Shown here: positions 18,497 to 28,710 of the stretch, piece by piece
Layout: each line of letters opens with the position of its first letter
How positions within the stretch are numbered: position 1 is the first letter of the stretch
Source of the DNA: Methanocella sp.
Lineage (GTDB): Archaea > Thermoproteota > Bathyarchaeia > Bathyarchaeales > Bathycorpusculaceae
Direction: 5' to 3'
Length of the DNA: 64,000 nt
Assembly (NCBI GenBank): GCA_050261115.1
Contig: JBLNCY010000003.1
Span: 19,673-83,672 of the forward strand
Made by a program: the position numbers and the translations under genes
The notes under the pieces: model-generated
Seen by the model: the letters and a program-made list of their open reading frames with translations, nothing else
What the model was told of the DNA's origin: nothing
Database searches by the model: none

Positions 18497-19456
18497 ATGG
18501 GAAACATCACGGTCGCCGTTTTAGGCGCAACTGGCTACAGTGGCCAAATAGGAAAGAAAGGAACCTCCACCGACATAACCCTCTATGACCTCAAAAAAGG
18601 CGAAGCCACAGTCACCCTAATCGAACCCACACGCTACCCAGAACGGTTAGCGCCCCTATTCTACGCATGCGCCTTATCCACCAAAGCTCTCGTAGTCGTC
18701 GACGAATTAAACGCCGCCCTTGGCGAGCAACTGGTTATGCTACAATGCAGCGCAATTAGAGGCGGCTACTTTGTGCTACGGAACTATATCCCAAAAGAAA
18801 AGATCGAGCCGCTAATCAAAGGCACAAGCCTCGAAAGCTTCGAATTCCTAAACGATGACCCAAACATGATACGCGAAAAACTCCTCGCTGAAGCCGCCCA
18901 GGTAAAAAACGCGGAGTCTGAGCAAGTTGGAACCGTCCCGGTTGACCATGCATTTAACGTAAAAGGCGTAGGTGTAGTGATTTTAGGCATAGTTGTCAAA
19001 GGGGTAATCCAGAAGCATGCAAAACTCAAGGTGCAGCCCAGCTCCAAAACAGCCGAGGTACGATCGATCCAGAAGCATGACGATGAATTCGATACCGCAG
19101 CCGCAGGCGACCGCGTGGGCTTTGCCCTCAAAAACGTTGACGTCGAGGACGTGGACCGCGGAGTCGTTTTAACCAACGATCCAGCTGTCAAAGTATCCAG
19201 CAAACTCGAGACCACTGCTTCGCTTGTTAAGTACTGGCAAACCCCCATTAAACCGGGTATGGTGATGCATGTTGGTCACTGGACGCAATTCATAACCGCA
19301 AAAGTTGAGGCAGCAAGTGAGGGCGGTGACTTCAGAAACCCCACCGTGACGCTTTCGCTGGATAAGCCGCTGGTGTATTTACCCGGGGATAGGGCGGTTT
19401 TGATGTATTTGGAGGGTGCTAAGCTGCGTGTTGCAGGAACACTCCAGCTACCCTAA
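18497..19456 (+). CDS. SelB/EF-Tu-like protein with degenerate G domain
   Basis: EF-Tu domain II (VDHAFNVKGVG, VRSIQKHD, GDRVGFALK) and domain III are present; canonical G1, G3 and G4 motifs are not. Confidence 0.8.
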   Translation: MGNITVAVLGATGYSGQIGKKGTSTDITLYDLKKGEATVTLIEPTRYPERLAPLFYACALSTKALVVVDELNAALGEQLVMLQCSAIRGGYFVLRNYIPKEKIEPLIKGTSLESFEFLNDDPNMIREKLLAEAAQVKNAESEQVGTVPVDHAFNVKGVGVVILGIVVKGVIQKHAKLKVQPSSKTAEVRSIQKHDDEFDTAAAGDRVGFALKNVDVEDVDRGVVLTNDPAVKVSSKLETTASLVKYWQTPIKPGMVMHVGHWTQFITAKVEAASEGGDFRNPTVTLSLDKPLVYLPGDRAVLMYLEGAKLRVAGTLQLP

Positions 19457-19560
19457 ATTTCATTTCTATATCTCTTTTGATGCTATAGCTGCCACACTGT
19501 AACAACATTTTTAATACTAGCTAATGCAAAATCTATTGTCTACTTCTCGAGGAATTAGTC

Positions 19561-20106
19561 TTGTTAGTAGAGAAACCTTCTGCAACTTTTCGCATTATCG
19601 AAATCATTCTCGGAATAACCGCGTTGGTCATTGGCGGTTTAGCGTTAGCGTTTCCGGTTGCCACTGTCGTGAGTATTGTGGTGTTCTTCGGAATTGCCCT
19701 AGTTGCCGTTGGTGTTTTAAGGTTGGCTACGGGTGCATCCTCTGATTGGTTGCCCTCTTCCATTAGGCGGTCCAATTCTATAATCGGCATTTTAGCGATT
19801 ATTTTTGGCGCGATTATCCTGTTTGCACCCTTTTTTGCTACGGAAGTGCTTGTCATCTTGATTGGGTTGGGCTTGTTGATTTATGGCGTCGGCAGAGTTG
19901 TAGCCGGTGGGGTCGCTAATCGTTTAAGTGGCGGGTTGCGTGCGGTTTTGGTGGTTATGGGGTTGTTGGTTGTGGTTTTTTCGCTTATTGTAATCTTTTT
20001 CCCCCTCGTGGGCGTTTTAACGTACGCAGTTTTTGTTTCTTTAGCGTTTATTATGATAGGCGTTGATAGTTTAGCATCTGGAATACTCGGTGCAAAGTTA
20101 GTCTAG
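19561..20106 (+). CDS. HdeD/DUF308 family membrane protein
   Basis: Repeated helical hairpins with GIL/GL..P motifs. Confidence 0.75.
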   Translation: MLVEKPSATFRIIEIILGITALVIGGLALAFPVATVVSIVVFFGIALVAVGVLRLATGASSDWLPSSIRRSNSIIGILAIIFGAIILFAPFFATEVLVILIGLGLLIYGVGRVVAGGVANRLSGGLRAVLVVMGLLVVVFSLIVIFFPLVGVLTYAVFVSLAFIMIGVDSLASGILGAKLV

Positions 20107-20759
20107 GCGGCTGACGCCCAAGTGAGGTATGAGCCTAAAAGGAACAGGATGCTAACTAACGCCATAATTATCCCCAGTAGCCACCGGTTCTTGCCTGCAC
20201 TTTCCCCAAGCTTCATGCCATACCAAAACACCCACGACACTCCGACAGCGTTAGAGATAACCCACGCTAGAATCTTCTGCGGAAGAACCAGAAAGGGTAA
20301 AGCCAACAAGAACCCCACCATCATATAGATGCCGACTATAGATAACCCGCCTAGCAACTCTTGACGTGTAAGTAGTTTATTTTTTGGTACTTCAGCATTG
20401 GGTATGTGGGTGATTATGTCTTTTGCTATGGCGTCTTTGCCTTTTTCGTCAAATCCTGCCAGGAAGGTGCCATTTAGGTAGGTTTTGACTTGGTTTAGAG
20501 TGGTTTCGGGGTTGTGGCTTGATTTTAGGGCTATAAGCTTGTTGCGTAGGGTGTTGCGTTCCATTGAACTCGATATGGCGTAGATTAAGCCGTCGATGGT
20601 GCCCCAGGCTAAGCAGGCAGCTAAGTTAACTGCGACAATGTAGATAAAGCCGGTGTTTAGTTCTGATAGGGCAACGTAGCCGTTTATGATAATGACCATT
20701 ATGACGGCGAAGGCTACTTCTCCAACGCGGTCTATGTATGAGAGGTATTTTGTGAACAA
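20103..20759 (-). CDS. VIT1/CCC1-like membrane protein
   Basis: Two TMs, a cytoplasmic insert, then three TMs; N.AWG..DG and LPF motifs. Confidence 0.6.
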   Translation of the reverse strand: MFTKYLSYIDRVGEVAFAVIMVIIINGYVALSELNTGFIYIVAVNLAACLAWGTIDGLIYAISSSMERNTLRNKLIALKSSHNPETTLNQVKTYLNGTFLAGFDEKGKDAIAKDIITHIPNAEVPKNKLLTRQELLGGLSIVGIYMMVGFLLALPFLVLPQKILAWVISNAVGVSWVFWYGMKLGESAGKNRWLLGIIMALVSILFLLGSYLTWASAA

Positions 20760-20911
20760 TGGATTTCGCCAATAGTCAGGTTGTTTGGGGGGCAGATAAC
20801 ATTTGTGTTAAGATTTCAACTGCACTTTAAGAGCACCAAGGCTGTCTGTTGAGAAAAATTAGGATATCACCTGATAGAATGTAGGCTTAAACAAAGAGGG
20901 GAGGAAAGAGG

Positions 20912-22093
20912 TTACTCTTCCTCTTCAGGCAAACCAATCTTGCGCAAATAATCCTTTGCAAACCGCGGATTATACGCTAACAACTCTTTTGACCGCAGCA
21001 GTCGTCGCTCTAGTCGATCTAGGGCAATTTTGAAGGTTGGTTCAACGCCCCAGCCTTCGCTTGCCGCAAAATAGTTGCCTCGTGTGGTTCGGAATTGTAG
21101 GCGGCAGTGCACCATTGGGGTTCCCCGCAGTTCGGTTCCGCGGTGGCTCTTGAGGTAGACAAACAGTGAGCCTAGCTGGAACGCTTCTTGGAAGCGGCGC
21201 GTAAACCCATCGAACTCTGCCATCATGAACTCCTGCTGGTCTGGGCTAATGTCGATGTTTTTCACTCCGAATTGGATTGTTAATCGGTGTTCGACTGTTT
21301 CCATTTGGCTTATGGGCTCTAAAAAGTCCAGTTTTGTTACCACACCCGCTAGTCGTTCGCCGTCTAGTATGCATAGGCAGGAGATGTCGTGTTTATGCAT
21401 CAGCGCCTCGCAGTCTCTAAGGCTCTTTTTTGGGTCAACGGTAATTACTGGTGAACTCATGATTCCACGGGCGGGTAATGCCAGGTGATCCACTTGGTCG
21501 CCTGCAACGTCTTGGTTACCCATTCGGATTGGGGGGAAATAGATGCTGTTGAGGATGTCTTGGATGCTGATGATTCCTACAAGGCGGCCTTTGTCCATTA
21601 CAGGCACATGCGAAACGCCGTATTCACGCATCAGTCCCATAACTGCGCCGACGCTGCGATTGGCCTCAATCGTGTATGGCGCCCTGGTCATGATTGTCTC
21701 CACGGCTCCTGATCCCCAGCTGCCGTCGACAACTGCGTGAATGACTGCCTCGTCGGTTACAAATCCGATGATCCGGCTTTTTTCAATAACAGGTAACTGG
21801 CGTACGCCAGAGCCAATCATTAATTTTGATATTCGGCTTAGGGAGTCACCTAAGCTGACCGCTGGTGCAGCAACCATTAAGCTTTTTACTTTTGTTCGGG
21901 TTAGATCTAGCCTGGTTCGTAGAATAGATCGCCGGCTAACCATTCCTACATACAAGCCTTTCTCGTCAAGGACGGCTAGGACTGGCGGCATGCCTTTCTT
22001 GAATCCCTCTAGACATCTTGAGGCAGGATCATTCTCTAAAACGGTACTAAATTCTTGAGAATATACATCCCTTGCAGTAGCTGTTATTGCCAT
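20912..22093 (-). CDS. 4xCBS domain protein fused to an HPF/RaiA-like domain (probable ribosome hibernation factor)
   Basis: Four CBS repeats, then TIQFGVKNIDISP...CRLQF...YFAASEGW....KIALDRLERRL, matching the S30AE beta-alpha-beta-beta-beta-alpha pattern. Confidence 0.75.
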   Translation of the reverse strand: MAITATARDVYSQEFSTVLENDPASRCLEGFKKGMPPVLAVLDEKGLYVGMVSRRSILRTRLDLTRTKVKSLMVAAPAVSLGDSLSRISKLMIGSGVRQLPVIEKSRIIGFVTDEAVIHAVVDGSWGSGAVETIMTRAPYTIEANRSVGAVMGLMREYGVSHVPVMDKGRLVGIISIQDILNSIYFPPIRMGNQDVAGDQVDHLALPARGIMSSPVITVDPKKSLRDCEALMHKHDISCLCILDGERLAGVVTKLDFLEPISQMETVEHRLTIQFGVKNIDISPDQQEFMMAEFDGFTRRFQEAFQLGSLFVYLKSHRGTELRGTPMVHCRLQFRTTRGNYFAASEGWGVEPTFKIALDRLERRLLRSKELLAYNPRFAKDYLRKIGLPEEEE

Positions 22094-22486
22094 TATAGAA
22101 TCACACAAAATCAATAGATGCAAGTATGATTTAAACATTCGACGCCCTGACCTCAATCGCTTAGTTGAGTAAAAGCTTAAATCGGTACAAACAAATAGCA
22201 ATGCATAATAGAACATACAAAAAATGGGGGCGGCATCACATTTTTACATAAAAATATTCGTTATGTTCTATATCAAACAATAAAGTTATTCGAGAAAAAA
22301 CCGGTAAAAAACACAGAAAATTACTTCCTAAAATAGATAAAACTAGAACAATTTATCCTTACAGTTTAAATAACCCGTCTGAGAGAGATAAATGGTGAGG
22401 CAAAAGACCTCAAGCTAGTTTTTAAGAAAAAAATCAAAAAAACAGCTTTTCACATCCGCTTCAGGTATGAAGGGACTCGATTAGCC

Positions 22487-22873
22487 ATGATGCAAAACCA
22501 AAAAGAAACCGTCGAACAAATACGAGTTGAATGGAAACGCCTCTGGAGCGAACGCCATGAAGACAAACTCCGTGCAGAGGGCATAGCAAACAACGACTAC
22601 AGCGCATTATTCATAGACAGAGGCACCATAATACATGCCACCCGTGACTTCAAAGTCTTAAACTTCAAAGACATCCTAAAGCAACACGAAATCGAAAATC
22701 CAGACAGATACATTCAACCAGACAAACATTTAGGCGGATGGAATAAGTTCGTAAAAGATAATATCACAAAGCAGTCCAGCAGCAGAAAAACAACTAATCT
22801 TATCGCTAAACCAAATAATAAAAAACAGCCAACCCAGCAAAAACAGAATAGCCGGGGCTGGCTGCATTTTTAA
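22487..22873 (+). CDS. Hypothetical protein at the head of the glycan cluster
   Basis: 128-aa ORF ending RGWLHF, co-oriented with the cluster. Confidence 0.65.
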   Translation: MMQNQKETVEQIRVEWKRLWSERHEDKLRAEGIANNDYSALFIDRGTIIHATRDFKVLNFKDILKQHEIENPDRYIQPDKHLGGWNKFVKDNITKQSSSRKTTNLIAKPNNKKQPTQQKQNSRGWLHF

Positions 22874-22908
22874 CAAAAGACCAACACCTGCACTAGGGGA
22901 ACTTTTGC

Positions 22909-23250
22909 TTGGTAAACTATCGAGACAGACTGGACATAATAGCTGATATTCTAAACGTCGTTAGCCAGGAGGCAAAAAAGACACAGATCATGTACCAAGC
23001 TAACCTCAGCTACAAAGTCCTACAACGCTACCTAACAGAGATAGTCGGAGCATCATTGGTTTCATTCCAAAATGATAGCCAACTCTATCTATTGACAGCG
23101 AAAGGCAAACAATACCTCGATGCCTACAAGGAATACATCAAGATCAGTAAAAGCATGGAAAAACGCCTAAACGATTTCTCATCAAAAAGAAAGGTGCTTG
23201 AGGAGTTATGTCCAGCGATACATCAAAACTGCCTAGATTCCTTTCGCTAA
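22909..23250 (+). CDS. Archaeal winged-helix transcriptional regulator
   Basis: YRDRLDIIADIL, KTQIMYQANLSY, LTAKG. Confidence 0.88.
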   Translation: MVNYRDRLDIIADILNVVSQEAKKTQIMYQANLSYKVLQRYLTEIVGASLVSFQNDSQLYLLTAKGKQYLDAYKEYIKISKSMEKRLNDFSSKRKVLEELCPAIHQNCLDSFR

Positions 23251-23269
23251 ATAACCGCGGTAGAAACTT

Positions 23270-23740
23270 ATGACTAAAAAACAATTCTTCTTCGGGACAT
23301 TACTATTTGTCCTACTTATGTCTCTGTTTATGACGCCATTGGCAGTCTGTCAAGAAGGCGCTGGGTCAGCAATTGATTCAGCTCAGCGAGCCATTCAAAA
23401 CTGCTATCAAGCGGCTAAGGAAGCCGAGTCGGCAGGAGCTAACGTTTCTTCTTTGATGCGTACACTGAACAAAGCAGCAGACCTGTTTTCTAAAGCAGAA
23501 CTTGCTTATGTAGCACAAGACTACAATGCCGCATACACATATGCCAGTCAAAGCCAAAATACCCTAAACGGCTTTACCGACCAAGCTTCAGAGCTACAGC
23601 AAAGCGCAAGTGCAAAAACGTCCCAGGAGGCAGAAGCTAACCTGCTGTTGCTGCTTGCGTCAGTCGTTGTGTTTGTGTCGGGGTTATCCACTTGGTTAGT
23701 TCTCTATAGACGGGAAAGGAGGAGTATACATGGGGCTTAA
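23270..23740 (+). CDS. Secreted helical protein with C-terminal TM anchor
   Basis: Signal peptide, Ala-rich helices (AESAGANVS), C-terminal TM followed by RRERR. Confidence 0.75.
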   Translation: MTKKQFFFGTLLFVLLMSLFMTPLAVCQEGAGSAIDSAQRAIQNCYQAAKEAESAGANVSSLMRTLNKAADLFSKAELAYVAQDYNAAYTYASQSQNTLNGFTDQASELQQSASAKTSQEAEANLLLLLASVVVFVSGLSTWLVLYRRERRSIHGA

Positions 23741-24323
23741 ACAATACAGAAACCTAATTTTTGTTCTGGCAATAGCACTTGCCCTCTTGATGGCCTCTCC
23801 TTCAATCCAACAGGTACTGGTATACCCGCAACCTGATGGGCTAACAGAATTCTATCTCTTAGACGGGAACCGTAATGCGGTCTACCCATCCAATGTCACT
23901 GCGGATGAAACCTATCGTATGTACCTACAAATTGCCAATCACCTTGGATCCTGCGCATATTATCAGGTGCAAATTAAATTCGGAAACCAAACTGATTCAG
24001 GCCCCAATAGCTTCAACCAAACCAGCAGCACACTGCCACCTTTAGGACCTTTAACGGTTTTAGTCGCCGAAAACAGTACAGAGGAAATTCCGGTTGACAT
24101 TTCGTTCCAATATAATGCTAACGCTTCATTGTTGAATGTTCAAAGTGTTACTGTTAACGGCTTTGGTTTAGGCACAAACTCGTCTATAGCTTATGATACC
24201 ATTAAGGGTGGTTTCTTTGGTAACTTGGTTTTTGAATTATGGATTTATAACAGTACAACAAGTGCTTTCCAGTATCATGAGCGCTACCTGAGCCTCTGGC
24301 TTAACATGATGCCTGAAAGTTAA
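23730..24323 (+). CDS. DUF1616-like membrane-anchored protein
   Basis: TM followed by TEFYLL, YP, I.NH.G...Y and LWLN. Confidence 0.75.
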   Translation: MGLKQYRNLIFVLAIALALLMASPSIQQVLVYPQPDGLTEFYLLDGNRNAVYPSNVTADETYRMYLQIANHLGSCAYYQVQIKFGNQTDSGPNSFNQTSSTLPPLGPLTVLVAENSTEEIPVDISFQYNANASLLNVQSVTVNGFGLGTNSSIAYDTIKGGFFGNLVFELWIYNSTTSAFQYHERYLSLWLNMMPES

Positions 24324-24350
24324 CAGCCCCATTTTTTGGAGGATACATAA

Positions 24351-24977
24351 TTGGTTTTAAAATCTAACACTATATTAGCCGTAGGTGCTCACCCAGACGA
24401 CATTGAGTTAGGTTGCGGTGGAACTATCCGGGCAGCTTCAAAGCTTGGAAAAAGAGTTATCGCGGTGTTTCTCTCCAAAGGAGAACATAGCGGTAATCCA
24501 GAAATTAGACCAAAAGAAAGCATTGAAGCGCTCTCACTGCTGGGTGTAAAGGAAGTTTATTTCGGCGACTTTCCGGACACCGAGATCCCATGTTCCAGGC
24601 AAGCTATCGATTTTCTTGAGGCGTTTTATGTTGCGAACAAACCGGAAACTATACTGACACACACCGTTAACGATATCCATCAGGATCATCGTCAAGTCGG
24701 CTGGGTCTCTATCTCCGCGTTTAGAAACGCTCCGCAGCTACTTGCGTACGAGACGCCTAGAGTTACACCGAATTTTTCTCCCACATATTTTGTAGACATC
24801 ACCAGCTGTGTAAATGATAAGTGGAATGCGTTGAAATGCCATTTTTCCCAGAAAACGAAGCGCTATATCACATACGAGTCCATGGTCAATTTAGCTTCTT
24901 TTAGAGGTAGCCAGGTTAGCCTCCCCGCCGCGGAAGCGTTTGAAGTTGTGAGGTATGTTGAAAGAAGCACGTTTTAG
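24351..24977 (+). CDS. PIG-L/LmbE family deacetylase
   Basis: AHPDD, HQDH, HFSQ and AEAF motifs. Confidence 0.92.
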   Translation: MVLKSNTILAVGAHPDDIELGCGGTIRAASKLGKRVIAVFLSKGEHSGNPEIRPKESIEALSLLGVKEVYFGDFPDTEIPCSRQAIDFLEAFYVANKPETILTHTVNDIHQDHRQVGWVSISAFRNAPQLLAYETPRVTPNFSPTYFVDITSCVNDKWNALKCHFSQKTKRYITYESMVNLASFRGSQVSLPAAEAFEVVRYVERSTF

Positions 24978-24989
24978 TGGCGTTTTTCG

Positions 24990-25658
24990 ATGATTGCGGC
25001 TGGCCATCAACCCAACTATCTACCCTGGCTGGGATTCTTCGACAAAATCAAACGGTCTGATGTCTTCATAATAGAAGACAACGTGCAGATCGAGCGGCAG
25101 GGATTCACGACTCGAAACCGCATCTTAACCGCTGACGGAGTAAGATGGCTGAGCGTTCCAATCGAGCATGTAAATAAACCGCTTCTAATCAAAGACGCCA
25201 AAATAGCCAATAAAGCTGAACCCCGTTGGAGCCAGAAGCATTGGCTCACAATCAAGCATGGCTACTGTAAAGCGCCATACTGGAGTAAATACTACAAGTT
25301 CTTTGAGGAAACCTATCAAACTGAGTGGGATTTACTAATCGACCTTAATATGCATCTAATCAGAGGCATAATGCGTTTTCTAAATATCAACAAACCGCTT
25401 GTCATGAGTTCAGACCTCGCGGCCCGAGGGAAAAAAACGGAGTTAATCGTGGCCCAATGTAAAGAAGTCGGCGCCGACATCCAGCTTGCAGGAAACGGCT
25501 GCAGAAACTACATAGACAGCAAACTCTTCGAGCAAAACGGCATTAAACTGGTCTTCCAAGACTTCAACCACCCCGTTTATGCCCAAGGCGGAAAACCCTT
25601 CGTTCCTAACCTCTCAGTTATTGACTATCTTTTCTGGAACGGAGAGAGAGTATGGTAA
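24990..25658 (+). CDS. wbqC: WbqC family protein
   Basis: HQPNYLPWLGFF, RNRI and NLSVIDYLF motifs. Confidence 0.9.
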   Translation: MIAAGHQPNYLPWLGFFDKIKRSDVFIIEDNVQIERQGFTTRNRILTADGVRWLSVPIEHVNKPLLIKDAKIANKAEPRWSQKHWLTIKHGYCKAPYWSKYYKFFEETYQTEWDLLIDLNMHLIRGIMRFLNINKPLVMSSDLAARGKKTELIVAQCKEVGADIQLAGNGCRNYIDSKLFEQNGIKLVFQDFNHPVYAQGGKPFVPNLSVIDYLFWNGERVW

Positions 25659-25677
25659 CCAAAATGGAGCACTAAAA

Positions 25678-26808
25678 ATGAAAATAAGTGGTTCTTTTCC
25701 AGATTTTCCAGAGCAAACCTTGAACTCTATCACCGACGAAGTCAGAGCGATGTTAAAAAGCGGGCGACTAACAGATGGACCGCACCTAGTAGAGTTCGAG
25801 GAAAAATTCGCCCAATACAACAACAGCAAATATGCCGTTGGGGTTAGTTCGGGTACCGCGGCGCTTGATGTTGCCCTACGAACCTTTAACCTCCAGGGCA
25901 GAGAAGTCATCGTTCCCACTAACACGTTTATCTCCACTCCCAACGCCGTAATTCATGCCGGGGGAAAGCCGGTTTTTGCTGACATGAACCCCGATACCTT
26001 GGGTTTAGATGTCGAGGATGCGAAAAGAAGGGTAACCTCCAAAACGGCGGGTGTAATCGTGGTGCATATCGCGGGTTTAGTTTGTCCACAGATTAATGAG
26101 CTAGTCGAGTTTTGCATGCAGCGGGGTCTCTTCTTGCTTGAGGATTGCGCTCACGCCCACGGCGCAATGCTGGATGGTCGGAAAGCGGGAACGTTTGGCG
26201 ACGCCGGCTGCTTCTCATTCTATCCTACTAAGGTAATGACTTCTGGTGAGGGCGGCATGGTCTTAACCGACAACGAGACGTTGGCTGAGACTGTTCGTTG
26301 TCTGCGTAGCTGCGGCCAAAACAGTGAGCGGCTGATGGTTATGCTGGGGCATAACTGGCGCATGAGCGAATTATCCGCGATCGTTGGAAAACACCACCTG
26401 AGCCATTTAGATGAGGCGATAGCTAAGCGCAACCATGTCGCAAGGTTATACGAGCAGCTCCTTGACGGTGCCTGGGGCGTTAAGCTCTTTAGTGTTCCTC
26501 TGAATGCCCGTCATAGCTACTACAAGTATCCGCTAAAGCTAAACGAGGGCATTGACCGTTTGAAAGTTGCAGCGATAATGAATGAGAAGTTCGGGGTTGA
26601 AACTGGGCACGTTTACTATCCCCCCTGCCATTTACATCCCTACTATAGAGAAACGTTTGGAACCAAAGAAGGGGACCTATCGAACTCTGAGCGGGTACTC
26701 AAGCAGGTGTTGTGTCTGCCGATGCACACGGCGCTTACGGATGAAAACGTACGTTACGTTTGTGAAGCTCTTGGTAAATCCATAAGCGCTGCTGTAAGCA
26801 GTAGATAG
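25678..26808 (+). CDS. DegT/DnrJ/EryC1/StrS sugar aminotransferase
   Basis: SSGTAAL, EDCAHAHG, SFYPTKVMTSGEGG. ATG 25678 follows GGAG. Confidence 0.93.
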   Translation: MKISGSFPDFPEQTLNSITDEVRAMLKSGRLTDGPHLVEFEEKFAQYNNSKYAVGVSSGTAALDVALRTFNLQGREVIVPTNTFISTPNAVIHAGGKPVFADMNPDTLGLDVEDAKRRVTSKTAGVIVVHIAGLVCPQINELVEFCMQRGLFLLEDCAHAHGAMLDGRKAGTFGDAGCFSFYPTKVMTSGEGGMVLTDNETLAETVRCLRSCGQNSERLMVMLGHNWRMSELSAIVGKHHLSHLDEAIAKRNHVARLYEQLLDGAWGVKLFSVPLNARHSYYKYPLKLNEGIDRLKVAAIMNEKFGVETGHVYYPPCHLHPYYRETFGTKEGDLSNSERVLKQVLCLPMHTALTDENVRYVCEALGKSISAAVSSR

Positions 26809-26820
26809 AGCGTTTTTTTT

Positions 26821-27444
26821 ATGGGCAACCGAGTTTGCAGGGGCCTTTTTATGGGGGCAGGTGAGCGGTTTCCCATTCGTAAATCCGAGTTGGATCGGTT
26901 CCGATTCGGGAAATTGAAGTTTAAAGAAGTGCAGAGCCAAACCCGCGATCGGGCCTTTTTGTGCCTTGATATCGCTTGTGGCGCTAAACCCTTTCCTAAC
27001 GCCAATGTGCTCTGCGATTTACATACCAAACCCGTTCCGGATCGAAGCATGAAGCAGCTGGTTACGGGGGGAAAGCCGTTTGTGCTCTGTAGTTGTAACG
27101 CATTGCCGTTTAAGGACCAAGCGTTTGATTTTGTAACCAGCTACTACCTTATTGAGCATACCGATAGTCCTTGGATTTTGCTAAAGGAGCTTAAACGCGT
27201 CTCTAGACATGGTTATATCCAGAGTCCGTCGTGGTTTAATGAGTTGCTCTATGGCGAGAAGGTTCATAACTGGATTGTCTCCAAAAATGGAGGTAGACTC
27301 TTTGTTAAACCCATCAAAGCGGGTTTGCCACCTATCAGGTTCGGGTTTGTCTTCCATAGGCTCTACCGATATGACTTCTGGCGCATAGTCCATGCAATTT
27401 TAGACGAGCAATTCCATCTATTCACCGTACAATACGATTTCTAG
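26821..27444 (+). CDS. Class I SAM-dependent methyltransferase-like protein
   Basis: LDIACG, LPFKDQAFD, IEH and ELKRVS motifs; start uncertain. Confidence 0.8.
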   Translation: MGNRVCRGLFMGAGERFPIRKSELDRFRFGKLKFKEVQSQTRDRAFLCLDIACGAKPFPNANVLCDLHTKPVPDRSMKQLVTGGKPFVLCSCNALPFKDQAFDFVTSYYLIEHTDSPWILLKELKRVSRHGYIQSPSWFNELLYGEKVHNWIVSKNGGRLFVKPIKAGLPPIRFGFVFHRLYRYDFWRIVHAILDEQFHLFTVQYDF

Positions 27445-27457
27445 GAAGTACCGAAAC

Positions 27458-28579
27458 ATGAGACCTTTGATACGATCCTCAAAACCCGTCTTTCCCCCAG
27501 AAGACATCCGTTTGATTCTTCAAGATATCGCAGGTGTGCTGGAAGCGGGCCAATTCCGAAATGGCAAAAACCTAAAGCTCTTCGAAGACACGGTCGCCAG
27601 CTATACCGGTGTCGGCGGCGCAGTTGCCTTTGACTCCGATTCCAGCGCTTATGAGACTGCCCTCCGCTACTTCGATGTGGCAGGGGGAGAAGTGGTGGTT
27701 TGCACTAACAGCTTTGTTTCGGCGCCCAACAGCGTAGTTGCGGCGGGAGGCAAGGTGGTTTTTGCTGACATAGCTGCGGATTCGCTTTCGATGGACCTTG
27801 AAAGCCTAAAACAAAACATTTCACTGAACACTAAGGGTGTAATTGTTACACACATTGCCGGTTTTCCAAATCCCCATCTAAAAGCGATCCAGCAGATCTG
27901 CAAAGATAAACGCTTGTTCCTAATTGAGGACGCCACCCACGCGATCGGGGCCACAGTTGATGGTCAAAAAGTCGGTAGCTTTGGTGACGCAGCAATCTAT
28001 GCTTTCACTCCCACCAAGGTAATCACGACTGGCGAAGGAGGCATGCTCGTCTCCAACAACTTGGAGCTTTGTGGGTTTGCCGAGCGGTTCCGTTTCTATG
28101 GTTCTGGTACGGGTAAAACTAACTTTGTAAATCTGGGCAGACATATGCTGCTCCCAGAGCTATCCGCGTTATTGGGTATCTATCAGTTAAAACGCTTAGA
28201 CGAATTCATTTCTCGACGTAACCAGATTGCAGAGCAGTATAATGCTGAGCTTGAGATTCCTGGTAGCTTCACAACCATCAAGTGTCCAGAGGGGTTCCAA
28301 AGTAGCTACTACAAGTATCCGCTGATTCTGGATAGCCGCGTCGATAAGGCTGCATTCACTAAACGCCTCTTTGAGGACTTTGGCATCGAAACGGGCAACG
28401 TCTTTTATCCACCGTGTCACATGCAGGGCGCATACAAAAAGTATGGTGTGTCATCGTATGGGGGCTTGTCGGTTGCTGAGCAGGTGTTGTCGCGGACGAT
28501 TACTTTGCCCATGCATATAGGACTATCTGATGACGACGTTGCTTATGTAATCGAGAAAGTCAAAGGCCTGTCAAGCTAA
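27458..28579 (+). CDS. Second DegT/DnrJ/EryC1/StrS aminotransferase
   Basis: EDATHAIG and FTPTKVITTGEGG; shares SYYKYP and YPPCH with 25678..26808. Confidence 0.92.
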   Translation: MRPLIRSSKPVFPPEDIRLILQDIAGVLEAGQFRNGKNLKLFEDTVASYTGVGGAVAFDSDSSAYETALRYFDVAGGEVVVCTNSFVSAPNSVVAAGGKVVFADIAADSLSMDLESLKQNISLNTKGVIVTHIAGFPNPHLKAIQQICKDKRLFLIEDATHAIGATVDGQKVGSFGDAAIYAFTPTKVITTGEGGMLVSNNLELCGFAERFRFYGSGTGKTNFVNLGRHMLLPELSALLGIYQLKRLDEFISRRNQIAEQYNAELEIPGSFTTIKCPEGFQSSYYKYPLILDSRVDKAAFTKRLFEDFGIETGNVFYPPCHMQGAYKKYGVSSYGGLSVAEQVLSRTITLPMHIGLSDDDVAYVIEKVKGLSS

Positions 28580-28710
28580 CGGTTAGAACTTTTCTGGTTT
28601 TTTCTAGACAAATTTTAGTTTTTTTAGGATGATATATCCTTAGGGCTTTAAGAGTCTGTTCTCTTGCAATAACTCTTGAGCCGCCTTTAGTTTTTCGAGG
28701 ACATCTTTTT

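Noticed and set aside
18497-19456. Selenocysteine system suggested by the SelB-like gene
   Set aside because: No functional G motifs and no domain IV; no tRNA-Sec or in-frame UGA selenoprotein seen in the window.
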